From the human T2T-CHM13v2.0 reference genome, Homo sapiens: DNA of 64,000 bases. Location: the NCBI GenBank assembly GCA_009914755.4, contig CP086569.2, forward strand, positions 19,776,001 through 19,840,000, in the 5' to 3' direction. Shown piece after piece: positions 1 through 11,940 of this stretch. The notes under the pieces are model-generated. The model did not search any database and was not told the DNA's origin. It saw nothing but the letters and a program-made list of their open reading frames with translations. Position numbers and translations under genes: made by a program. Every line of letters starts with the position of its first letter. Within the stretch, counting starts at the first letter, position 1.

Positions 1-269
1 ATAAAAACCCCATCTCCCTGGGACAGAGCACCTGGGGGAAAAGGAAGCCATGGATGCAGCTTCAGCAAACTTCAACATCCCCGCCTGATGGCTCTGAAGG
101 AGCAGCACACCTCCCATTACAGTGCACTGGCTCTGCTAATGGTCAGAGTGCCTTCTCAAGTGGAACCCTGACCTCTGTGTATCCTGACTGGGAGACACCT
201 CCTGGCAGGGGCCGACAGACACCTTGTATTGGAGAGCACTGGCTAGCATCTGACAGATGCCCCTTGAGG

Positions 270-670
270 ATATAGCTTCAGAGAAAGAATAGCCAGCAAT
301 CAATGAGACAGAAAATTAACAAGGATAGTCAGGACTTGAACTCAGCTGTGGACTAAGTAAACCTAATAGACATCTACAGAACTATCCACCCCCAAATCAA
401 CAGAATATACATTCTTCTGAGTTCCACATAACATGTATTCAAAAACTGACCACATAATTGGAAGGAAAACACTCCTCAGCAAATGCAAAAGAATGGAAAT
501 TATAGCAAAGAGCCTCCCAGACCACAGTGCAATGAAATGAGAACCCAGGATTCAGAAACTCACACAAACCTGCACAACTACATAGAAACTGAACATTTAG
601 GAGCAGGCTGTAAATCATTGCTGGGTAAATAATGAAATAAGGTAGAAATAAAGTTGTTCTTTGAAACCAA
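270..670 (+). mobile_element. L1 fragment, ORF2 endonuclease-domain region (decayed)
   Basis: Frame translation reads ...LNSAVD*VNLIDIYRTIHPQ...YSKTDHIIGRKTLLSKCKRMEIIAKSLPDHSAM..., matching L1 ORF2 ...LNSALHQADLIDIYRTLHP...[32 protein letters not shown]...; stops present. Confidence 0.7.
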
Positions 671-699
671 TGAACCTTTACTGTTAACCACCCCTTTAC

Positions 700-1010
700 T
701 CTATGCTTCTGTAAGTTTGACTGCTTTTATTTCTAGGTATAAATGAGATTATGTAGTATCTGTCTTTGTGTGCCTGGCTTATTTGACTTAACATAATATT
801 TTCTGGGTCCATCTATGTTGCTGCAAAAATCGGATTTCATTCTTTTTGGGGCTGAGTAGTATGCCATTGCAGATGCATAACATAATTTCTTTATTAATTC
901 ATCCGTTTATGGACACTTAGGTGGATTCCGTATCTTGGCTATTATGAATAGTGCTGCAATAAACATGGGATTGTACCTAGGTATTTTTCAAAGAGTAAAA
1001 TTTCAATTAA
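700..1010 (-). mobile_element. L1 3'-region fragment (older L1PB/L1M-like), antisense
   Basis: Reverse complement matches L1 ORF2 C-terminal/3' region (..catctatgttgctgcaaa..tttcattctttttggggctgagtagtat..cacttaggtggattccgtatcttggctattatgaatagtgctgcaataaacatgg..). Confidence 0.65.
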
Positions 1011-1560
1011 GGCTATTTATCAAATATTAAAACTGAGATGATTTAATTGCTTAACTAAAAATTGGATGGGTTTCTGGAAAGATGGTAGTGGTAGTAACTG
1101 CATAGTGTTTATCTATTGCCAAATTCCCACCCAAAAACAGACAGAGCAACTAGAAATCAAACCCCCTAATTCATGGACAATACGGCCAGCAAACTAGATG
1201 CCAGAGTATCCCAGAACCACAAACACATTGGAGTCATTCTATGCCACCAGCAGCCCCTTTGTATGAAGTCAGCTGTCAGCTGTCTCTGTGAAAAAATTTA
1301 GGTGGTGCTTTAGTTCTTTAAGAATTTAAAAATCACATACATATCAAAATATGATTTTTATATTAAGGGATGAAGAGGAAGAGTTGGTATATGAAATGGG
1401 TGCTTGACATTTCTATAATTGTTGTGTCTTAAAGCTTGTGCTGGTTGCTGGGGCACTTCAAGATCCATTCTGATCATAAAATATCTGGGATGATGCTGTT
1501 TTACATCTCTTTGATGCTTTTCATACTACACCCAGCTCTGGAAACACCTAGCTTTTAGCC

Positions 1561-2260
1561 ATATAATTATATATAATTATTACATATAAGATAATTAAAA
1601 AATATATATTTTTAATTATAATATAATTAAAAAATATATATTTTTAATTATAATATAATTAAAAATATATATATTTATAAATACATATATAAATATATAA
1701 ATATATAATTATATATAAAATATATAATATATAAAATATATAATTATATAAATATATAATTATATATAAAATATATAATTATATATTTATATAATTATAT
1801 ATAATTATATATTAATTATATATAATTATATATTTTATATATTATATTATATATAAATTTATTATATATAAGATTATATAAAATTATATATAATTATAAT
1901 TATATACAATATAATATATAATTATAATTATATAAAATATATTTTATATAATTATAATTATATATAATATTGTATATAATAAATAAATATATAATATAAT
2001 TATATAAAATATATAATTATAATTATATAAAATATATAATATATAAATATATAATTATATAAAATATATAATATATAAATATATAATTATATAAAATATA
2101 TAATTATATAAAAATATATTTATATAAAATATATAAAATATATATAAAATATATATAGAATATATATAAATACATATAAAACACACACACATATAAAATG
2201 TATGTGTGTGCATGTGTGTCTGAGTGTGTGTAAACACACACTATATACATATCATATATT
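1561..2260. repeat. AT-rich low-complexity block, (TATATAAT)/(TATATAAA)-type units ending in short (CA)/(TG) runs
   Basis: About 700 bp made almost only of A/T with short recurring units; the ORF track's I/Y/F-rich 'ORFs' here are repeat translations. Confidence 0.9.
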
Positions 2261-3028
2261 CAGATTTTAACTGTAAGTCTATGCTGCTATACATATAATA
2301 AAACATGTGTGATGTGTCCCATTGGGCTAATTTATATAAAGCAATCATAAAATACATAAGCAGAACCAGTCTGTTTTCTTTAAGAGGGATCTCATAGATA
2401 TATTCCACAGAATAAAGATCTAACACTCTTAAATGATAAATTGCTAGGTACTCCCAAGCAATTAATATAAAATGAAGCAGAATTTATTTTTGACAGTTTT
2501 TTTTTGTAGAGTCATTACTGTATCTAAAATAAAAATATTTGCTCTGATGTTGAAGTGTTTATGAAGAACCTCCATGTATCCGTGTACCTTCTTAGTTGCC
2601 TACACAATCTTATGACCCATCCCTAACAAATTAGGAGGCATATTAGCTTTTGTATTCTCTATTCTCACTCTGGCAGTGATGCCCATGCGTCACACATCTA
2701 AACAACAAAGAGTGATATTCCAACCATTAAGTCAGGGCTTATTCTGAATTCTGGGTGCATCCAATGACAAACTCTACCAGTAATAAGCAGAAGAACCCAC
2801 ACAGACATTTGCTCTGTAACTATGATTTTTTTTTGCATTGGCTTAACTAATTGGAGAGACCAATTTCTGAAACTTTTAAAGAATAATAAGAAAAGTATAC
2901 TGCGCAGTAAAATTCATTTACCTGACTTACCTATTCGTGAATTAAAGTAACTATTTTAGTGGAAAAACAGTCACCTGATACAACAAATTGTGATGTCAAT
3001 ATTTTTATTAGGTATGGCCTCTGGTGTT

Positions 3029-3410
3029 TTCTTAGTCCATTTGGGTTGCTATAGCAAAATACCAAAGATACTGGACAGGTAATAAACAACAGACATTTAT
3101 TGCCCACAGTTCTGGAGACTGGAAGTCCAGTATCAAGATGCGGCAGATTCAATGTCTGGTGGGGACCCACTTTCTCATTCATAGACAGAGCCTTCCCTCT
3201 GTGTCCTCACACTGTGGAAGGAGCAAGCGAGCTCTCTGGAATCCTTTTTGTAGGAGTGCTCATCCCATTCATGAGGCTCCACTCTCATGACCTCATCACC
3301 TCCCAGAGGCTCCACCTGAAACTACAATTGCATTGAGGTTTAGTATTTCAACATATACATTTCAGAGGACACATTTGGAGTTAGATTTCCACATATGAAT
3401 TTGGCTAAGG
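3029..3410 (-). mobile_element. MaLR-type LTR copy (tentatively MLT1-like), antisense
   Basis: Reads ..tagtccatttgggttgctatagcaaaataccaaagatactggacaggtaataaacaacagacatttattgcccacagttctggagactggaagtccag...gtcctcacactgtggaagg...tttcaacatatacatttcag; the same family recurs five more times in this window. Family name is from memory and uncertain. Confidence 0.55.
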
Positions 3411-3500
3411 AACAAGAATTCTGCCTATAATTGGTCATAAGCAGACAAGTATTTTAAACTCATCAAAACAAACATAGATATTGGTTTAAACGTATAGATA

Positions 3501-3829
3501 GGCCAGATGTGGTGGCTCAGGATTATGCCTGTAATCCCAGCACTTCAGGAGGCCCAGGTGGGCAGATCACCTGAGGTCGGGAGTTTGAGACCAGCCTAAC
3601 CGTCACGGAGAAAACCTGTCTCTACTAAAAATACAACAACAACAACAACAACAAAATTAGCTGAGTGAGGTGGTGCATGCCTGTAATCCCAGCTACTCAG
3701 AAGGCTGAGGCAGGATAAGCACTTGAACCCAGGAGGAGAAGGTTGTGGTGAGTCGTGATTGTGCCATTGCACTGCAGTCTGGGCAACAAGAGTGAAACTC
3801 CATCTCAAAAATAAACAAACAAACAAACA
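3501..3829 (+). mobile_element. Alu SINE with (CAA)n/(AAAC)n-modified tail
   Basis: ggccagatgtggtggctcag...gagtgaaactccatctcaaaaataaacaaacaaac; dimeric Alu with A-rich linker. Confidence 0.95.
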
Positions 3830-4520
3830 CGTAAAATCTAGATAACTGCTGGATTTCAGAAAGTGCTAGAATCAAGACATGGCAGGAGATCAAAGAATGA
3901 TTCTCAGCCTCATGCCTATGACTTCCTGATTCTTTACTATTTTTCATCCTTTTTCTAGAAAATGTGACAGAATGTGCACCTCCACAGCTCCTGGAGCAAT
4001 GAGTTCTGCCTCCCTCCACCACTGGAAAAAGTCATTTGATGCACCCAAGTTGTTCCACTCTTAGTCAGCTGGGTAAGGCTAGAGGAGAGGGTCAGATGTC
4101 AGTCATGGAGACTTAAGAACTGCACTTGAAAACAGGGCCGTGTTTCTCAGAGATGAAGGAAATGCAAAATTGCAGAATGCTATTGACTGAATGTTAGTGT
4201 CTCCTAAAAATTCATGGTGAAGAGCTAACTGCCAAGGTGATGGTATTTACAGATGGGGCTTTTGGTCAGTGATTAAATTTAGATGAGACTATAAAGATAG
4301 AGTTCCCATGATGGGACCAGTGTCCTTATAAACAGCAGAAGAGACCAGAGCTCTCTCTCCCTTTCCCTCTCCACTATGTGATGACAAAACAAGAAGATGA
4401 CTATCTGAAACCTGGGAAGACAGCCCCTACCAGGGACGAAATCTATCAGAACCTTGATCTTTGACTTGATAGTATCCACCAAAACTAACAAAAATAACTC
4501 TCTCTCTCTCCCCCACCCCT

Positions 4521-4811
4521 TTCTTTTTAGAGATAAGGTCTTGCTCTGCTGCCCAGGCTAGAGTGCAGTGGCATGCATGACCTTGGCTCACTGCAAACTC
4601 CAACTCTGGGCCCAAGCCATCCTCTCACTTTAGCCTCCCAAGTAGCTAGAACTACAGGTATGTGTGACTATGCCCAGCTAATTTTTAAAAAATTTATAGA
4701 AATGGGGTCTTTCTATGTTACCCAGGCTTGTCCTGTATGCCTAGCCTCAAGCAATCCTGCCTTAGCCTCCCAAAGTGCTGCGATTTATAAGCATAAGCCA
4801 CTATGCCCAGC
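4521..4811 (-). mobile_element. Alu SINE (antisense)
   Basis: Begins with a T-rich tract then gagataaggtcttgctctgctgcccaggctagagtgcagtgg...; ends ..gcataagccactatgcccagc. Confidence 0.9.
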
Positions 4812-5734
4812 TAAACCTCTTTTGGAAGAAGCCCAGTCTATGGCATTTTGTTCAAGCACCCTCAGCACTCTGAGACATAAATGAGGCAGACACCCTTTCC
4901 TGCTAAACTGAACCTATCCCATTGCCTCCTGCAAGTCATAAGAGAAGGGTATGTGTTGGGCATTTCCATATATGCTCCAGAGGAATTTGCTAATGATAAC
5001 CCTGTCATAGGTGCAAATAATCTGTCTCCTGTTCCTCTGTTTGACTTCAAACTTCCTCCACACATTAACTTCTTTGTATTTCCTAGAGGTGCTGGTGATA
5101 TTGACTCCTATTTCACTCAAATAGGATTTTCAGTTAAAGAATAGATATCTTCCTTATCATCACTGTGATGGTCAGCTTTATGTGCCCATGAGGCTAGGCT
5201 ACTGGGTCTAGCCTTATAATTAAATATAAATTTAGAGGTTGACATGAAGTCATTTGCTAGATGTGATGAAGCCCCTTGTTTGTTGATGTAAAGTAATGGA
5301 GATTATTCTATGTGATCTTAGTGGGTCTGACTCTGTTAGCAAAAGGCATTAAGAATAGAGGTGCAGCTTCCCTGGCTGGAGAAGATTCTGCTCATGGACA
5401 GGAGCTTCCACTCACTTCTGAGAATTCCAGCTAGCGTTTCTTGCCTTATAGATTTCAGGAATGCCTCATCAGCTCCATGATCACATAGCCAATTCCTATG
5501 TCTTCTTTTCTATCTCCCATTGCCCTTGCTGGATTACCTGAACTGACACATTCACGTTTTCGTAAAATTTACTGCGAAAGTCTTACCGTCTTGCAGCTTC
5601 CTTGCAAAACTGTAACTTCCCCAAAACCACAACCTTGCAGCTCCATTTTTTTAAAGTAAATGTTCCTTTTTCATACTTTGTTCTTGTGGGAGGATACATT
5701 GAGATGTGAAACATTGTGTTTCAAAATGAATGGG

Positions 5735-6410
5735 GGATACGATTTGACTATGTCCCCAGCCAAAACTCATTTTGAATTGTAGCTGCCATAATCCCTACCT
5801 GTTGTAGGAGGGACCCAGTAGTATATAACTAAATCATGGGGGAGATTTCCCATTCTTGTGGTAGTGAATAAGTCACAAAATATCTGATGGTTTGATAAGG
5901 GGTTCCCCTTTCTTTTGGCTCTCTTTCTGTCTTGCCTGCCACCATGTAAAACGTGCCTTTGGTCCTTCTTTGCCTCCTGCCATGATTGTAAGGTGTCCCT
6001 AGCCATGTGAAACTGTGAGTCCATTAAACTTGTATTTATTTTTTTGTTTTTTGTTTTTTGAGACAGAGTCTAGCTCTGTCACCCAGGCTGGAGGGCAGTT
6101 GCGTGATCTCGGCTCACTGAAAGCTCCACCTCCCTGGTTCACACCATTCTCCTGCCTCAGCCTCCCAAGTAGCCAGGACTACAGGTGCCTACCACTGCGC
6201 CCAGCTAATTTGTTGTATTTTTGGTAGAGATGGGGTTTCACCATGTTAGCCAGGATGGTCTCGATCTCCTGACCTCATGATCCACCCGCCTCAACCTCCC
6301 AAAGTCCTGGGATTACAGGTGTGAGCCACCACACCCAGCCACCTCTTTTTCTTTAAAAATTACCTAGTATGTCCTTACAGCAGCAAGAGAATAGACTAAT
6401 ACAAGGGGAA
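5735..6410 (+). mobile_element. MaLR LTR of THE1/MST type, split by a nested Alu (6037-6342)
   Basis: ..tatgtccccagccaaaactcattttgaattgtagctgccataatccctacctgttgtaggagggacccagt...ccatgtaaaacgtgcctttggtcc...ccatgattgtaaggtgtccctagccatgtgaaactgtgagtccattaaac | Alu | cctctttttctttaaaaattacctagtatgtccttacagcagcaagagaatagactaatacaa. This matches the THE1/MST LTR consensus as I recall it; the right end resumes after the Alu. Confidence 0.7.
6037..6342 (-). mobile_element. Alu SINE (antisense) nested inside the MaLR LTR
   Basis: ttttttgttttttgagacagagtctagctctgtcacccaggctggag...ggtgtgagccaccacacccagcc. Confidence 0.9.
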
Positions 6411-6649
6411 ATCCTGAAAATAATGAAATTTCAATGGACTTATTCACAACTCATGATGCCCAGTGGTATCATTCAAAGACCTAACAAGGTGGGTTCTGGA
6501 CAGATGCTGGAAACAGGATCTTAGCTTTTATATGTGAGATCTGAGATTGGATATAAAAGACCTCAGAGGCAAGTGACAGGCTAGGCCTTAAGTTAGTCAT
6601 GAGTACACAGCTATTCATTTATCATTCTGCATTCTGCTGTGCATTGCAG

Positions 6650-7095
6650 CAGATTGAATGCTAGCTCCCAAAAAGTATGCCTGTGTCCTAACACTGGCAA
6701 CCTGTAAATAAAATTTGATTTAGAATAAGGGTGTTTGCAGATATAATTATATAAATAATCTTGCAATAAGATTATCCTGAATTAATGTAGACCCTAACTC
6801 CAGTGACTGATGTCCTTATAAGAGACAGCAGAGGAGACACACACAGACGAGAAGGCCATGTGAGATGGAGACAGAGAATGGAGTGGTGTGTCCACAAGCG
6901 CAGGGACTCCTGGAGCTACTAGGAGCAGGGAGAGGGGTGAAGGATATTCCCCTAGTGTCTTCAGAGAATGGATGTCTCTGAGTCACCTTGATCTCAGACT
7001 TCTGGTCTTCAGGACTGGGAGAAAATTTATTTCTGTTGTTTCAAGCTCCTGGTTTGTTGTACTTTTCTTATTACAGTCATATACACATAGCTTAT
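6650..7095 (+). mobile_element. MaLR-type LTR copy (tentatively MLT1-like), sense
   Basis: ..tgtccttataagagacagcagaggagacacacacagacgagaaggccatgtgagatggagacagagaatggagtggtgtgtccacaagc...gaaaatttatttctgttgtttcaagctcctggtttgttgtac; same family as 3029, 14040, 30985, 34950 and 56140. Confidence 0.55.
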
Positions 7096-7904
7096 GTTCT
7101 TTTACCTCCACATAGAGTTAAAAAAGAAGAAACATTAAGCCTGAAGTTACAACTACATGATAATTTCTCACTGGTTTTCCAAGTGGTACACTCAAGAAAC
7201 CCAGGATGTTTCTGGGAGAACCCTCCACAACTTTCTTCATTCTAACTTGATTCTCCTCCCTGTCTACTATGTTAAATGCATTTTCTGAAGGCAAGATGAA
7301 GATGGGTCCTTTTCTGAGGCCTCTCCAGATCTTCTATTAGAAAAAATAATTGTAATTGGACCAGAGTTTCTTGGGACTTTTCATGTGTCTAAGTTTCAAC
7401 TAATTTTGAATAAACATTGCAATTTATAATTTTTAATTGAATGTGGCAGTGTCCTCTACTTAGCTCCAAAGTTTCATCTGTGACTTTAGAATATCACTTA
7501 ACCCTGATGACCCTTGATGTCTTCATCTGTAAAATGCACTTCACATGAACTCACCTCATTTGATTTGGAGATTTAAAGAGTAGCTGTAGGGCATGTTGTA
7601 CAACTTTTAGAAACTTTCCGAAATGTTAGCTGCATTTCATTATTTAACCCTCCACTTCCATCTTCCAATCATCTCTTCGGAACATGCTGTGGCTGTCAAA
7701 AAAAAAATCTTTCTAAACTGTGGTTTACCATTATTACCATGGGGTAATAAATACTCAACAGAAATTTCTAGCCAGTACCAATTCCCAACATGTTCTTTCC
7801 TGTGAACAAATATCCTGAAATGTCATTGGGAAGAACAAAATTCACTTTATCTTAACCTGATAAGCATATATGTCTTTAGCAATGGGAGTTATTTTCTTTT
7901 CTTT

Positions 7905-8213
7905 TTCTTTTACTTTTTTTTTTCTTTTCAGACAAGATCTTGCTGTTTCACCCAGTCTGCAGTACAGTGGCATGATCATGGCTCACTGCAAGCCTGCATC
8001 TCCTGGGCTCAAGAGATCCTCCCATCCCAGCCTCCCAAGTCACTGGGACTATAGGTGAACACCACCATGACCAACTAATTTTTGTATTTTTTTGTAATGG
8101 TGGGAGTTTGCCATGTTTCCCAGGCTGGTCTTGAACTCTTGAGCTCAAGTGATCTGCCTACCTCAGCCTCCCAAAGTGCTGGGATTACAGGGTGTGAGCT
8201 ACTGCACCTGGCC
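7905..8213 (-). mobile_element. Alu SINE (antisense)
   Basis: T-tract then cagacaagatcttgctgtttcacccagtctgcagtacagtggcatgatcatggctcactgcaagcc...gtgtgagctactgcacctggcc. Confidence 0.9.
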
Positions 8214-9970
8214 AGAGTTATTCTTGAATTGTGAACCATAGTAACAAACAGAAAATAATCTTAAATGTCAATAATTTTCAGTGATATTTCTGGAATTCAT
8301 GGATCTTTCTGTTAGAACTGCATGCCTTATTCTGTCTAAAGCAATAAAGTTCTTTAAATCTAAACATTTTCATAAACACTCGTGGGAAGTTAGAGATGCG
8401 ATAATTCCTAAAAAGCCTGCATGGCAAAGATGCACACAATGTCAATATGGAACAGACATAGAACATAATTGAACCAATCCTATTAGTACTCAATTTAGCA
8501 AGGTTGCATTTTTTAGAACTAAATTTTTCATAGTTGCAGGCAGAGTGATGAAAGATGTTGGCAGACAGCCTCTTCATATAGACATCAGGAAGTGAATAAA
8601 CCAGCATGAATTGATACATAATTTAAGAGAAGGTAAAGGACATAGTCAGCATGCAACAAAATGCTGAAACCAAAAAACCTCCTGCACATGCCTGGAGCAA
8701 GAAGGGTTGCTTTTGACTCTTTCTCCATCTCAGCACTGATAGGTAGATAATCCCAAGGCCTCCTGGTGTTATATCTGAACAACAGAGTTACATGCTTTCT
8801 TGCAAAGTGTCAGACTATCCACGAGTTATTTTACATTACTCAAACAAAAGTCTATGGTAACACAACACTTCTAAACTGTTAAGAAGAGGGCTTTAACCAC
8901 ATCTTCTAGGTTGATGAATTAAATGGAGTAGGGAGAAGATAAGAGATTTTCAACTATGCTTTTAAAAAAATTGCTGTAGATACCTTTTTAAACTTTATGC
9001 AGTCTGAATTTTGTCAATATCTGACAAAAATGAACTTGAGAGCAAAAATTTTCATGCACACAATAAATAAGCAAAATAAAAAATCCTCTAAGCCCAACTT
9101 TCTCATTACATAGGGAAATGTGTCTCTTCGTTAGAAATCTCCATCTTAGAAAGCTGAGCTCTGCACTGCCCTACCATAAGGGATACTTACTGTGGTTATC
9201 CAAGTCTCAGAACTTGAGGCTTCTTACCATTTATTGTCTGTTTGCAGCCCAAGATAAACTTTTCTTCCCCAGAGACAATGTTATGTGCTGAGGGACTACA
9301 GGTCAGGCAGAGTTCCTAGCAAATCATCTGCTTTTTTTCCTTTCTATTTTATCTTCATTTATTTCTATTATACAAAGTATACCACTCTGACAGTCTACTG
9401 TATGCATGTGTCATCCCCTAAGCTGTGCTGGTTGAATCAAAAGGATAAAATTGCCTTATTATTTAAGGGAAAAAAAATGCATGAATTGATGAAACACATG
9501 GATTGAATTGATGAAACAAATGCCATTGTTTGGCATTCTACACTTCGCAGACCTTGGCATATTTCTTGGTAGGTAGCTGGACCTTAAATACTCAACCAGA
9601 CTTTTTGGAAAACAAAGTTCACAGAATATATACCTGTTCTGCTCCAGTATTTTCTCTTTGGAGAACAGCATTTCTATAGTTTTTAAACATAGAACAACAA
9701 TTTTTAATTTTTCTAGCTTCCAAAAGAGGAAACAGAGCAAACTCTGGCTGCAGAAGACCCAAGTATAGGCAGCCAATATGGAAAGAATTTTGGCAATCGT
9801 TGATAGTTCATTTGTTAATGATTTCCTTTGCTCTTGCAAATCTGAGTGTTGTCTAAGGTAATTTTAAAATGCACAAAATTGTGATTACACTATGCGAAAC
9901 CAAACACCATTGTGTATTAGAATTCAACTTTGTGGCAGACGAGTCATTCAATGTATGCCAGAACAAAATT

Positions 9971-10070
9971 CACATCGCCAAGGGAGAGCGAGAAGAAGGA
10001 AAGAAGAAGGGAGGGTGGGAAAAAGAAAGGAAAGAAGGAAGGTGGGAGAGAGGAAGAAAGGAAACAAAGA
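9971..10070. repeat. Purine-rich (GA/GGAA-like) tract
   Basis: gggagagcgagaagaaggaaagaagaagggagggtgggaaaaagaaaggaaagaaggaaggtgggagagaggaagaaagg; explains the K/E/R-rich ORFs 9869-10114. Confidence 0.7.
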
Positions 10071-10499
10071 CAAAAAATTGTTTAAATAGACAAAGTAATA
10101 TCCAGCAGGAGTGAAGTAATCTTAGGTTTGATATTGAAAATTAAAATTCAAGTGCTATGGCAGCATCCTAGCTAGTAGAGATGCCCCCAAATAGAGGAAG
10201 AGTCTGAAATTAATAGATTTCTGTGTGCATTCAACCCCACTTAGGTATGTGATCATGACTGGCTTCTATTGAGGATGGCTGTATATCTTCACTTTTTCAG
10301 CATATCTGGGGGGATATCCTAAAAAATAAGAAGATACAGAAATAAGAAGATCCATAGTAAAAATAGCACATCCTTGATTTTTGCTTTTATTTTATTTCTC
10401 ACCTTGCTACACATGTTCATCATCATTTTTTTAGAGCCCAGTCTGTATATTGTGAAGTCTTCCTTTCTCATTTCTAAATTTGTATCTCTCATCTCAGCT

Positions 10500-11940
10500 T
10501 GAGAGGTGACAGTGTGCTGGCAGCCCTCGCAGCCCTTGATGGCTCTCCGCGCCTCCTTGGCCGCGCTTGAGTCCTTCAGCCCGCCGCTGCCCTGTGGGAG
10601 CCCCTTTCTAGGCTGGCCATGGCGGGAGCCAGCTCCCTCAGCTTCCTGGGAGGTGTGGAGGGAGAGGCGTGGGCGGGAACCCGGGCTGCCGCATGGCGCT
10701 TGCGGGCCAGCAGGAGTTCTGGGTGGGCGTGGGCTCTGCTGGCCCTGCCCTGGCAGCGTCAGGCCCACCCGCAAGCCCCAGGCAGTGAGGGGCTTAGCAC
10801 CTGGGCCAGCAGCTGCTGTGCTCGATTTCTCGTGGGGCCTTAAGCTGCCTCCCGGCAGGGCAGAGCTTGGGACCTGCAGCCTCCCATGCCTGAGCCTCCT
10901 TCCACCCCAACGTGGGCTCCTGCATGGCCCTAGCCTCCCTGATGAGCCCTCCCCCTGCTCCAGGGCCACGGGTCGCATAGACTGCCCAAGGGCTGAGGAG
11001 TGCCTAGGAACCGCAGAGGGACTGGCAGGCAGCTCCATCTGCTGATGGGTGCAGGATCCAATGGGTGAAGCCAGCTGGGCTCCTGAGTCTAGTGGGGACT
11101 TGGAGAATCTTTATGTCTAGCTAAGGGATTATAAATACACCAATCAGCCCTCTGTAGCTAACTCAAGGTTTGTAAACACACCAATCAGAACCCTGTGGCT
11201 AGCTCAGGGTTTGTGAATGCACCAATCAGCACTCTGTATCTAGCTTAAGGTTTGTAAATGCACCAATCAGCACTCTGTGTCTAGCTCAAGGGTTTGTAAA
11301 CACACCAATTGACACTCTGTATCTGGCTAATCTAGTGGGGAGGTGGGGAACTTTTGTGTCTATCTCAGGGATTGTAAAGGCACCAATCAGCACCCTGTCA
11401 AAATAGACCAATCAGCTCTCTGTAAAACAGACCAATTGGCTCTCTGTAAAATGGACCAATCAGCAGGATGTGGGTGGGGCCAGATAAGAATAAAATCAGG
11501 CTGCGGGAGCCAGCAGTGGCAACCTGCTCAGGTGTTCTTCCACACTGTGGAAGCTTTGTTCTTTTGCTTTTTGCATTAAATCCTGCTGCTGCTCACTCTT
11601 TGGGTCCACATCGCCTTTATGAGCTGTAGCACTCACTGCGAAGGTCTGCAGCTTCACTCCTGAAGCCAGTGAGACTACAAACCCACCGGGAGGAATGAAC
11701 AACTCCAGATGTGCCACCTTAAGAGCTGTAACACTCACCACGAAGGTCTGCAGCTTCATTCCTGAGCCAGCGAGACCAGGAACCCACTAGAAGGAAGAAA
11801 CTCCGAACACATCCAAACATCAGAAGGAACAAACTCTAGACATACCACCTTTAAGAACTGTAACACTCAATCGCGAGGGTCCGTGGCCTCATTCTTGAAG
11901 TCGGTGAGACCAAGAACCCACCAGTTCCTCACACAAGCTC
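10500..11940 (+). mobile_element. Solo LTR of HERV9 type (LTR12-like, probably LTR12C-class)
   Basis: GC-rich U3 (10500-11050), then repeated units ..gtttgtaaacacaccaatcagcactctgt(a/g)tctagct.., then ..ccaatcagcaggatgtgggtggggccagataagaataaaatcaggctgcgggagccagcagtggcaacctgctcagg...cttccacactgtggaagctttgttcttttgctttttgcattaaatcctgctgctgctcactctttgggtccaca..ctttatgagctgtagcactcactgcgaaggtctgcagcttcactcctgaagccagtgagac.. and two more ..ctgtaacactca..cgaaggt.. repeats, ending ..gagaccaagaacccaccagttcctcacaca. This matches the LTR12 consensus as I recall it, with no internal ERV sequence on either side. Confidence 0.75.
11130..11500 (+). promoter_or_regulatory. Tandem CCAAT-box (NF-Y-type CCAATCAG) array plus TATA-like GATAAGAATAAAA inside the LTR12 U3
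   Basis: At least 7 intact caccaatcag/gaccaatcag boxes plus 2 mutated ones (ccaattga, ccaattgg) at roughly 40-bp spacing; gataagaataaaa at about 11486; poly(A)-signal variant ATTAAA at about 11575 where I recall the consensus having AATAAA. Confidence 0.5.

Noticed and set aside
5735-7095. Two same-strand MaLR LTRs 240 bp apart as a possible LTR pair of one provirus
   Set aside because: The two LTRs belong to different families (THE1/MST-like versus the MLT1-like family), and the 240-bp spacer is too short for an internal region.
8278-8619. 113-aa ORF (- strand) in unique sequence, with the antisense 63-aa ORF 8281-8472
   Set aside because: AT-rich, no recognisable domain or similarity, overlapping ORF on the opposite strand, no splice or start context. 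The length is within what random AT-rich 64-kb sequence produces.
10319-11045. 239-aa (-) and 179-aa (+) ORFs with G/P/A/R-rich products
   Set aside because: They lie entirely in the GC-rich U3 of the LTR12-like LTR. GC-rich sequence is stop-codon-poor in all frames. There is no start context and no coding periodicity, and the ORFs overlap on both strands.
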